Below, piece after piece: positions 21,026 through 29,584 of a stretch of 52,800 nt of DNA. Made by a program: the position numbers and the translations under genes. This DNA comes from Microcoleaceae cyanobacterium. GTDB lineage: Bacteria > Cyanobacteriota > Cyanobacteriia > Cyanobacteriales > Microcoleaceae. Below the pieces are notes generated by a model. The model saw nothing but the letters and a program-made list of their open reading frames with translations, was not told where the DNA came from and made no database searches. Within the stretch, counting starts at the first letter, position 1. Every line of letters starts with the position of its first letter. Location: the NCBI GenBank assembly GCA_051652765.1, contig JBOFUV010000064.1:1-52800 (forward strand), read 5' to 3'.

Positions 21026-21762
21026 CGACTCAAGGCGTTGAAAAAGTTTTGTAAGCCTGTCAGCAACCCTTGTTTTGGAGTTGAACCCTTCGGAGAGTTC
21101 GTGTCTTGGCCCCCACGGACGTTGAAGAAAATTTCCTCCAGTCGGTCTGCATTTGGCTTAGTGGGTTCTTGAGCAAGACAGCGATTCTCGCCTTCAATTT
21201 CTTGCCAGACTTCCCAAGGAGAGGGATAGCAGCGAAACAGCACTCCTGACTCCAAGGACTTCACATAGTAGCAAGATTCAATGGTTTGAATGAAGCGCTC
21301 TCGCAGTTGACGGGCTGCATATCCAATTCCCACTACAGCAATGTCCTCAAGACGAGGATTGAGCAGAATTACCGGGCGATCGCCCGCCAGTTGAGACAAC
21401 TTCTCGACCTGCCCAACTTCTACAGGAGAGGGTGCAATCACCAGAAAGCATTCATCATCAGGTTCTAAACGGGTCTCAATTGGAGAAGCACTTGTTCCTA
21501 AATCTGTGACTCGAAATGCAGTCTGTCCCCAATCTCGACGCGCCAGAGCAGCAGCCCCCGTATCCGGAAAAAACACCTTGAGCTGAGTGCCGCGTTCAGC
21601 AATCGTGGGAATAAATTGTTGAGCAATGGACTGCGCTTGCAGTTCAATCTCAGGAAATACCAATTCAACTTGAAGCAGCTTATAGCCTGCATCAAGGGCA
21701 GCAATAGTCGCTTGCTTAGCCTGCTCTACTGCTTCATCAAGGCTCTTGGGCAACTGAACCAT
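21022..21762 (-). CDS. DUF1995 family protein
   Basis: FFPDTGAAALARRDW, LNPRLED, LFRCYPSPW; ATG at 21762. Confidence 0.88.
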   Translation of the reverse strand: MVQLPKSLDEAVEQAKQATIAALDAGYKLLQVELVFPEIELQAQSIAQQFIPTIAERGTQLKVFFPDTGAAALARRDWGQTAFRVTDLGTSASPIETRLEPDDECFLVIAPSPVEVGQVEKLSQLAGDRPVILLNPRLEDIAVVGIGYAARQLRERFIQTIESCYYVKSLESGVLFRCYPSPWEVWQEIEGENRCLAQEPTKPNADRLEEIFFNVRGGQDTNSPKGSTPKQGLLTGLQNFFNALSR

Positions 21763-22247
21763 ATCTCTCAAACTCAAAGTTTAACTTCTCGCACAAGGAA
21801 TAGCTAATAATTCCTATTCTAACTCTACTTCTTCAGATTCTTCAGAGGTTAATAGACACCGGACACATAGATGAGAGCCTTCGCTCAAACCCCTACCCCC
21901 TTCTCTTGGGCCAGAATTAGGTGTCATTTTTGCCTTGAAAACTTTGTTTGAGATCTTGAGGATGATTTGTTGTCACCAAAGATCTAGGCCCTAGACCGGA
22001 TCTGGCAAGCTTTGTAAACTACTGGCCTAACTGATTGCCTTGACAGATCTGAGCCAAAAACTGCACAAGCTTTTCAACTCAGGACTTACACAAGAACAAT
22101 AGAAATAGTAGGTCGCTTGAGCTGCTCGAGCAGATCATTGGAAAGCAACCCATGCTTGAGTTGATAGACTGTGCAACCCCTGTGGTAGGCCAGGGTTTTC
22201 AGTCTTGTCCAAACCAATAGAGCACAGGCAATGTGTAGGAGATTTAG

Positions 22248-22531
22248 GGGTTTGGTATGAGATCAACGCGGGTTTGGTGTGAGATCAATGCGGGTTTGGT
22301 GTGAGATCAACGCAGGTTTGGTATGAGATCAACGCAGGTTTGGTATGAGATCAACGCAGGTTTGGTATGAGATCAACGCAGGTTTGGTATGAGATCAACG
22401 CGGGTTTGGTATGAGATCAATGCGGGTTTGGTGTGAGATCAATGCGGGTTTAGTATGAGATCAACGCGGGTTTGGTAAGAGATCAACGCGGGTTTGGTAA
22501 GAGATCAACGCGGGTTTAGTGTGAGATCAAT
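22248..22531 (+). repeat. 22-bp tandem repeat, 13 copies (GGGTTTGGTATGAGATCAACGC), last copy partial
   Basis: Exact 22-bp period with no spacers and scattered point variants. Confidence 0.95.
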
Positions 22532-22575
22532 CTGAACTTAAACGTAACCCGCCACAGATTTATTCAATAATCAAG

Positions 22576-22659
22576 TCAGAAATAACTTCTTCTACCATAG
22601 TGCTTGAGCCGAATCAGATCGCGCACCTGCTCCAACAGCTTTTTCGGGCATTGTTCCAT
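22576..22659 (-). pseudogene. intI: Truncated integron integrase (IntI N-terminal remnant)
   Basis: Translates MEQCPKKLLEQVRDLIRLKHY-GRRSYF*. The first 21 aa match the IntI start (PKKLLDQVRxxIRLKHYS), divergent from the cassette array. Confidence 0.8.
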
Positions 22660-22902
22660 TTGGGATTTATACAGAAAATTTCAAGGTAATCCTCCGAATA
22701 AATCGATATTAGGCCGAACATTGCTGTGTTTCATCGTGAGGATATACATCCTAAATTTCAGGATAATCCTCAAATTTAGGATGTATACCCAGAAAGTTTC
22801 AGTATAGTTGCAGTATTAGGGTGGACTATATGGAAAGTTTCAGGGTAATCATCCCAAAAGCGTTGGTTATGCAGAAAATTTCAATATAATAACTAGTTGG
22901 AC
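22660..22902 (+). other. Putative attI site and Pint/Pc promoter region
   Basis: Core GTTGGAC at 22896-22902; TATAAT at 22885-22890 with TTGGTT 16 bp upstream; phased GAAARTTTCA repeats; 45-bp palindrome at 22743-22787. Confidence 0.65.
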
Positions 22903-22963
22903 TCCCTTGTTTTATCAAATTAGAGTATTTGACAGATTCAACATAAATCACCCTACGTATGCC

Positions 22964-23989
22964 ATGTCTCCCGATTCTCGTCGCTCTGTCAGTCTGTTTG
23001 TCTGCTTGATATCTCTACCTTTTTCACTCATGTTTTTGGGTGATACGACACAATCCTCAAAGTCTGTCATGGTTCAAATGACAACACCAACAGGCATTCT
23101 TTATGGAACAGAGATCATTCCAACGCCTAATGTGCCAAAGCCAGTGGCACTGATCATTGCGGGTTCAGGTGCAACTGATCGCAACGGAAATAATCCTCTG
23201 GCTGGGCAGAATAATAGCCTCAAACTACTGGCTGAAGGATTAGCTGATCACGGCATTGCCTCGATACGATACGACAAGCGCGGTATTGGGGAAAGTTCAG
23301 CCGCAGGAGCTAGAGAAGTTGATTTGCGTTTCGATACCTATGTTGAAGATGCTGCACTTTGGATTCAGCAATTGCAGGCAGATTCTCGTTTCTCAAGCGT
23401 CACCGTGATTGGTCACAGTGAAGGATCTCTAATTGGAATGCTGGCGACTCAAAAAACTGGAGCAAATGCTTTTGTATCAATAGCAGGACCTGCTCAAACT
23501 GCATCACAAGATTTACGAGATCAACTGCGACCTAAATTGCCAGACGCATTATGGCAACAGAATGAGCAGATTCTTGCTGCTCTAGAACAAGGTAATACAG
23601 TGACTTCTGTGCCACCAGAACTAGACATGCTCTACAGATCGAGCGTACAACCCTATCTCATTTCCTGGTTTCGCTATACCCCTACTCAAGAGATTAAGCG
23701 TCTAACTGCACCTGTTCTAATCGTTCAAGGAACAACTGATATCCAAGTGCCTGTTAGTGAGGCGCAAGCCCTGAAAATGGCTAAGCCGGATGCGGAGATT
23801 AGAATCATTGAGGGGATGAATCATATCTTAAAAGCTGTTCCATTAGACCCTGAACAGCAAAATGCTTCCTATTTTGAGCCAACGCTGCCAGTTGTGCCTG
23901 AACTAGTTGAGGGCATAAGTCAATTTATTCACAGCCGTGGAATGCGCCGTGAGTCTAACCAGTCGCTGCACCGGAACGCCGAAATATAG
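22964..23989 (+). CDS. Alpha/beta hydrolase (cassette 1; start uncertain, ORF open from 22907)
   Basis: IIAGSGATDRNGN, RYDKRG, GHSEG, QGTTDIQV, GMNH; reads into attC1. Confidence 0.85.
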   Translation: MSPDSRRSVSLFVCLISLPFSLMFLGDTTQSSKSVMVQMTTPTGILYGTEIIPTPNVPKPVALIIAGSGATDRNGNNPLAGQNNSLKLLAEGLADHGIASIRYDKRGIGESSAAGAREVDLRFDTYVEDAALWIQQLQADSRFSSVTVIGHSEGSLIGMLATQKTGANAFVSIAGPAQTASQDLRDQLRPKLPDALWQQNEQILAALEQGNTVTSVPPELDMLYRSSVQPYLISWFRYTPTQEIKRLTAPVLIVQGTTDIQVPVSEAQALKMAKPDAEIRIIEGMNHILKAVPLDPEQQNASYFEPTLPVVPELVEGISQFIHSRGMRRESNQSLHRNAEI

Positions 23990-24039
23990 TCAGTTGAGTT
24001 ACAACGGTTATCTGCGTCCGGTGAGCTTGGTCGTTATAC
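23953..24039 (+). other. attC1 recombination site
   Basis: R'' GTCTAAC; L'' arm GCTgCACCGGaACG pairs with CGTCCGGTGAGC leaving 2 extrahelical bases; R' GTTATAC. Confidence 0.88.
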
Positions 24040-24134
24040 GTGTCAATATTCTGGTCGGGAAAGTGGTTTAGAAGTTGTCTGTTAGCATCAGATGAATTGC
24101 AGAAACAGAGAGTCATCTGGAAAAGCTCACAGAT

Positions 24135-24677
24135 TTGCCGAAAGATTTGCCCATCCCAGTAGACGATGGTGCTTGCAACCACTTGCTGGGGAAATCTTTG
24201 CCATTGATCGCTTTATCTTCAACTCAAGGCGAGTATGTAGATTTATCAGAGATTCCTGGTCATGTTGTCATTTATTGCTATCTAATGACGGGGCAACCTG
24301 GTATTCCTCTACCTGATAGATGGGACGAAATCGCTGGAGCAAGGGGATGTACTCCTCAATCATGTGCTTTTCGGGATCATTATCAAGAGCTAAATGAATT
24401 GGGAGCAAAAGTTTTTGGCTTTAGCACTCAAAGTACTGAATATCAGATGGAAGCGAAGATACGCTTGCATTTACCTTTTGATCTTTTGAGTGATTGTGAC
24501 TTGAGCCTTGCTAATACTTTGAAATTGCCAATGTTTGAAATAGAAGGCAAGCATCTTGTTAAACGAATTACACTGATTTCGGAAGATGGAAAAATTGTCA
24601 AAGTCTTCTATCCAGTTTTTCCACCCGATAGAAACGCCGATGAAGTTATTGACTGGCTGCAAGCTCACGCCGTATAA
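24135..24677 (+). CDS. Peroxiredoxin (BCP/AhpC-TSA family; cassette 2)
   Basis: LPIPVDDGAC, GARGCTPQSCAFRD, KVFYPVFPP; stop TAA lies inside attC2 R''. Confidence 0.88.
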   Translation: MPKDLPIPVDDGACNHLLGKSLPLIALSSTQGEYVDLSEIPGHVVIYCYLMTGQPGIPLPDRWDEIAGARGCTPQSCAFRDHYQELNELGAKVFGFSTQSTEYQMEAKIRLHLPFDLLSDCDLSLANTLKLPMFEIEGKHLVKRITLISEDGKIVKVFYPVFPPDRNADEVIDWLQAHAV

Positions 24678-24759
24678 CAACGCCCATGCACACCGACCGT
24701 CGAAAGTTGATCGGTTAGAGTTAAAGGTTATCTGCGGCGGGTGATTGGGAACGTTATGC
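24672..24759 (+). other. attC2 recombination site
   Basis: R'' GTATAAC; CCCATGCACACCGACCG / CGGCGGGTGATTGGG imperfect stem; R' GTTATGC. Confidence 0.85.
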
Positions 24760-25030
24760 CGCTGAGTTCTCGGTTGGGGCAGTACTTCAGGGTTGCTGGT
24801 GGGGACGATTAAGACGGAACTACGTTTAGCAGTGGCGAAGGGTGCAGCAGCTAAAGGTTCTGATTTGCTAGTATTGACGAAATTCTGCCCTTGGCGGATT
24901 TGCTCTTTTAAACAACGACGTATGACCTCAGAAATCCAACTACAAGCTTCTTCAGTAGAACTTGCTACAACGCTGGATTCCCTATCTACAAGCCTGTCTA
25001 CATATCTTTGGATAACACCTTGTAAGATCA

Positions 25031-25537
25031 ATGATATTTGCAACAGATGTTTACTATCGAGACAACAAAGCTGTTGCGGCAGGAGTACTGTTCAATGACT
25101 GGGAGGATCATGAACCTGTCAGTGAATTAATTGTCCAAATCGATAATGTGACAGAATATGAGCCAGGACAATTTTATAAGCGTGAGTTGCCTTGTATTTT
25201 GGAATTATTGAAACAACTCAAATGCTTGCCAACGTACATTATTGTTGATGGGTATGTTTATTTAGATGATGCAAAAAAGCCTGGACTCGGCAAGCGCTTG
25301 TATGATGCACTTCAAGCAAAATCTGTAGTTATCGGGGTTGCTAAGAGTCGGTTTAAAGATATATCCGATAAAAGTGAGATATTCAGAGGTGCTAGTCAGA
25401 AACCGTTGTACGTAACTGCGGTTGGCATCAACGAATCTGAGGCAAAAGATCTCATTTCAAGAATGTATGGTGAACACAGAATACCAGCAATGTTAAAGTT
25501 AGCGGATAGTCTCAGCAGACAAACTAGAGCGGCATAG
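25031..25537 (+). CDS. Endonuclease V family protein (cassette 3)
   Basis: TDVYY, YEPGQFYKRELP, VDGY, IGVAKS, KPLYVT, GEHRIP. Confidence 0.85.
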   Translation: MIFATDVYYRDNKAVAAGVLFNDWEDHEPVSELIVQIDNVTEYEPGQFYKRELPCILELLKQLKCLPTYIIVDGYVYLDDAKKPGLGKRLYDALQAKSVVIGVAKSRFKDISDKSEIFRGASQKPLYVTAVGINESEAKDLISRMYGEHRIPAMLKLADSLSRQTRAA

Positions 25538-25597
25538 CTATCTGGCTGGAGCGGATTGGTAAGAGTCTTCTGTAGCCGCTCAGCCGGATAGTTAGCT
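25532..25597 (+). other. attC3 recombination site (R'' AAC changed to AGC)
   Basis: GCATAGC; TATCTGGCTGgAGCGG / CCGCTCAGCCGGATA stem with extrahelical G; R' GTTAGCT. Confidence 0.8.
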
Positions 25598-25865
25598 TTC
25601 CAGCCCCAGCGGTAGGGTTCTGTCAGGGAACTTTCTTCCCAACAGGTTCCGGTTTTGTTCAGTTGCTTGTAGGAGTGCGATCGCCCCCAATTAAAGGTTG
25701 GGTTCGTCCAGGTTTTCTTCACCATCCACAGTCCCAGAGCATGGTTTCTGAGATGGAAAGGTGTGGTTTTTGTAGGGTGTTGGTGAGAGTGGGAAGTCAG
25801 GAGAGGTGTCAGGGGGGCGATCACTTGAAAGTCCCTGTTTGTTGAGGGAAAGGGCGATCGCAGCA

Positions 25866-25929
25866 AGCTAACAATCCAAATGCAGCGGACTAACGAAAAC
25901 CGCTAGTGCATTGCGAAAAGGAACTGTCG
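25866..25929 (+). other. Truncated attC4 (left half only)
   Basis: R'' AGCTAAC followed by AATCCAAATGCAGCGGAC; no matching L'/R' downstream. Confidence 0.65.
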
Positions 25930-26421
25930 TATTATCTAGCCCATCTAGTCCTTAAACCCTGGCTTAAAACCCGGTAGAAGCATTGTTTTTTCGCCTGCAT
26001 CACACAAAGATCAACTTTCAGAACCTTAGTGCGATCGCATGAAGGGTTGTGCATCAAAGGGTTGTGCATCAGAGAGATGTGAGTCTGATAGAGTGAGGAA
26101 TCATAGAACACACAACAATTCCAGGGTTGTATGTTCCATGGATGAGAATTGGCAGTGTCAAGCTAGACATGTTCATGATGCGATTTCAGGCTGTGAAGAT
26201 CGAATTAGGATATTGATTCAGGTCATTTTGACGATTCATTCCTCTGGTTTGATTTAGCGCTCGCTTGCCCTTTCCATCCCTCCGTTAAAAAACAGCGGGG
26301 ATTTATCGGAGGACAGCATGGCAAATTAGGCTCAGAGACAAACGACAGGAAATTACAGCGTTCAGTTACGGCGCTAAAATATGAAGCGTGACCCATAGAT
26401 GACCTACAGAATCTAATTGCC

Positions 26422-27417
26422 ATGACACGCAAAACAACTCGTCGTCGATTCCTCCTGACAGGAATGGCTGTTGCAAGTGGAGTGGTTGGCAGTAAAGCCC
26501 TTCAGCCGCAACCCGCCCAGACTTTTGCAACCTCGGATATTCAACTGCCTTCAATCGCAACGATGCCCGAACGAGTCCTAGGAAAAACAGGTATTAAGGT
26601 TCCTATTTTTGGTCTGGGCGGAGCCGGTCAAACGCCCTTGTCTAAATCCGGGCAGGAAGCTGAAGCGATCGCCCAGATTGAAGCGGCTTTAAGGTTGGGG
26701 ATTCGGTATTTTGATACGGCTTCTAGCTATGGGCCGAGTGAAGACTACTTGGGAAAGACGTTGCCGCCCCATCGTTCTAATATTTTTCTGGCCACCAAAA
26801 CGGCTGCTCGTGATCGTGATGGGGCATGGCGGGAGTTAGAGCGATCGCTGCAACGGCTCAACACGGACTACCTTGACCTGTGGCAGTTGCATCACGTTTC
26901 ATTTCAGGAGACCCTTGACCAGATTTTCAGCAATCAGGGCGCAATTAAAGCCCTAGAAGAAGCCAAAGCTCAGAAAATCATTAAATTCTCTGGGATTACG
27001 GGACATCATGAACCTGATGTAATTGCTGAGGGATTGCGTCGTTATCCGTTTGATACAACTTTGATCGCCCTTAATGCGGCGGATGTTCATCACCCGCGCC
27101 CGTTTGGGCCAACGGTGTTGCCGATTGCCAAGGCCAATCAAGTTGGGGTGATTGCCATGAAAGTTCCGGCCTATGGTCGCTTATTTAAACCGGACAGACT
27201 TGCAGGAATGCATCAGGCCATGGGTTATGTATTGTCCTTGGAGGGGGTTCACTGCTGTATTATTGCGGCTGAATCGGTGGCACAGCTAGAGTCTAACCTA
27301 CGGGTTGCCCAAGCCTTCAAACCCTTGAACCGGGAAGAAATGGTGGCAATTGAAGGGAGAAAGGCTTCTACCTGGGAAGATAATACCTTTTTCCGAGTTT
27401 GGATTAGGAATAGGTAA
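26422..27417 (+). CDS. Aldo/keto reductase with Tat signal peptide
   Basis: TRRRFL twin-arginine leader; YFDTASSYG, LATKT, DYLDLWQLH. Confidence 0.9.
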   Translation: MTRKTTRRRFLLTGMAVASGVVGSKALQPQPAQTFATSDIQLPSIATMPERVLGKTGIKVPIFGLGGAGQTPLSKSGQEAEAIAQIEAALRLGIRYFDTASSYGPSEDYLGKTLPPHRSNIFLATKTAARDRDGAWRELERSLQRLNTDYLDLWQLHHVSFQETLDQIFSNQGAIKALEEAKAQKIIKFSGITGHHEPDVIAEGLRRYPFDTTLIALNAADVHHPRPFGPTVLPIAKANQVGVIAMKVPAYGRLFKPDRLAGMHQAMGYVLSLEGVHCCIIAAESVAQLESNLRVAQAFKPLNREEMVAIEGRKASTWEDNTFFRVWIRNR

Positions 27418-27475
27418 AAAGGCCAAAGACTCGTAAAATGAACTGTTAGACCCTAATTCATCAAGTGTTCAGATC

Positions 27476-28246
27476 GTGAAACTTTTTGTCTACCATACCC
27501 CCGAACAAACCCCCACGGATCAGCTTCCAGACTGCGCTATTGTTGTTGATGTGCTGCGGGCAACAACGACAATGGCAACGGCCCTCAGTGCTGGAGCGGA
27601 AGCGGTGCAGGTTTTTAGTGATATTGAGGAATTGATGCGGGTCAGTAACCAATGGCCAGTTGGTAAGCGGCTGCGGATTGGCGAGCGCGGTGGCCAAAAA
27701 GTTGAGGGATTCGATCTGGGGAATTCCCCCCTGAGTTGCACCCCAGAGGTTGTGGCGGGCAAACGTATCTTTATGACGACAACGAACGGCACTCGCGCAT
27801 TACAACGAGTTCAGGGAGCTAAAACGGTGATCACGGCTGCTTTTGTCAATCGCAAGGCCGTGGTTGAATACTTGATGACTCAAAAGCCCAAAACCACTTG
27901 GATTGTCGGTTCCGGCTGGGAAGGCAGCTACTCCCTGGAAGATACGGCCTGTGCCGGAGCCGTCGCTGAAGTCTTTAGTCATGAGGGCGGTTATCCAGTA
28001 GAAACCTTGGCTGGAAATGATGAGGTTCATGGCGCGATCGCCCTCTATCTTCAGTGGAAAGCTCAACTTCTGCACTTGCTCAACTCTGCCACTCACGGTC
28101 AGCGGCTATTAAAGCTCAATTTGTATGATGATTTAAAATACTGCGCCCAAGTGGATATTTTGGACGTTATCCCGATTCAGCGGGAGCCTGGAATTCTAGT
28201 GAAGTCGAAAGTGCCCACTCAAGATTTACATTCCTGGGTAGAGTAG
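27476..28246 (+). CDS. comB: 2-phosphosulfolactate phosphatase family protein
   Basis: [35 protein letters not shown]. Confidence 0.92.
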   Translation: MKLFVYHTPEQTPTDQLPDCAIVVDVLRATTTMATALSAGAEAVQVFSDIEELMRVSNQWPVGKRLRIGERGGQKVEGFDLGNSPLSCTPEVVAGKRIFMTTTNGTRALQRVQGAKTVITAAFVNRKAVVEYLMTQKPKTTWIVGSGWEGSYSLEDTACAGAVAEVFSHEGGYPVETLAGNDEVHGAIALYLQWKAQLLHLLNSATHGQRLLKLNLYDDLKYCAQVDILDVIPIQREPGILVKSKVPTQDLHSWVE

Positions 28247-28486
28247 TCATATTTTTATCGACTTGCAATCTTGTTGAAATCCTTGTGCTACTGGCGGATT
28301 GAGCTGTGTTCGTTGACTTGACTTTGTACAAGATTAAGCCAGAGTACGGCTTGAACGTTCGTCTTTTCCGTCTATTTCCTTGGCAATCAACACCAAGGAC
28401 AGGTTAATTTGTCCAAAGTCAAGCAACTCTCCTATCCACAAATTCTACTGCCTAAAATATCATTGGGAAACTCACTAAGATCAAGA

Positions 28487-28963
28487 TTAAGGGTTCTCCG
28501 AGTCGCGATTTCTGGGTTGTTCTTCCGGGATTTGGGCGATACGCTTCAGCTTTTCCATCACATCTTCGTCAGAGCCACCACGAACTTTGGTTATTGGAGT
28601 CTCTTCGGGGGATCGAGTATCTCGCACTTTTGCCCAATACTGACCGCGATCATTCGTAAAAATCCAATAACGCAAGTTCCGCAGGTTTCCCTGTCGCACT
28701 TCTCGGCCTGACTCAGCATTCTCTGTAGTAGCGGTTCTGCGGGTTTGAGGACGTTTAGGAGAAGCAGTTGGAGATTGGATAGAGGCACATAGCCCATTTA
28801 AATTCTGGGACTGGCCTGAAGACAATATGATAAAACAGCCCTCGCGTTCTTGAGCAACTGCTGGTGAGTGTTGAATGACTGTCAATAAACCAAAACTAGA
28901 AAGCGCGATCGCAGTTGTCAAACAAACTTGAAAAATCCCAGAGGATTTACGCTGACTAACCAT
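28487..28963 (-). CDS. Hypothetical secreted protein
   Basis: Signal peptide ending AVA-Q, followed by a CF...NLNGLC motif. Confidence 0.65.
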   Translation of the reverse strand: MVSQRKSSGIFQVCLTTAIALSSFGLLTVIQHSPAVAQEREGCFIILSSGQSQNLNGLCASIQSPTASPKRPQTRRTATTENAESGREVRQGNLRNLRYWIFTNDRGQYWAKVRDTRSPEETPITKVRGGSDEDVMEKLKRIAQIPEEQPRNRDSENP

Positions 28964-29584
28964 AATATTTCTACCAAATTTGAATTGTGATAAAATTCAT
29001 GAAATTGCATCTTTCATCTGTTTTCATCTGCGTATTTCATGAATTTCACTCTGATCTTATTCAATTGAGTTGATTCAGCGCTTCACCCAATCCGGTGATC
29101 TGATTCACCCCTAAAGTTGGTACAGTAGTTTCTAAAATACAATCCTATTTGAATCGTGAACGTTAGGTCGAGTATTTTCCCTGAGCAGGCTTGAAGCGTT
29201 TCAGGAGAACGGCAATACACAACTAGTTCTCAGGGCTTTACAAAACTTTCAAGACTTTCAAGACTTTCAAGACTTTTAAAACTATCCTGAAGCCCCAAAA
29301 ATAGGGTGGAGAAATGAGTATGACAAGTTAGACAAACTCAGCGATGGGTATCTAAAACTCAGGAAACATCCTGAACCCCCAAAAAAGCAGTCGAAGAGAC
29401 TAATCACGTAGCAGGGAAAACCTCAAAACAAAGCATAAATATTCCACGATTAGGAACTTCACAGAGCTTTCTAAACGGGTTGTTATGGCCGTTTTTCCTA
29501 TGCACAAATAACGAATTTGTAACGGACTCTATAGCAAGTGCGTTTACAAACATCCTACACACTTTTGAAGTTCTAAGGTGACTT

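Larger units (their letters stand above)
22576..25929. mobile_element. Decayed integron (intI remnant, attI region, 4 cassettes)
   Basis: intI fragment, attI-like GTT at 22896, three complete attC sites and one truncated, complementary cassette ends. Confidence 0.85.

Noticed and set aside
22248..22531. CRISPR array
   Set aside because: Repeats are contiguous with no unique spacers, and there are no cas genes in the window.
24471..25866. ORFs 24471-25043(-), 24793-25098(+), 25396-25866(-), 25663-25845(+)
   Set aside because: They cross attC sites or overlap real genes, or have no recognisable motifs.
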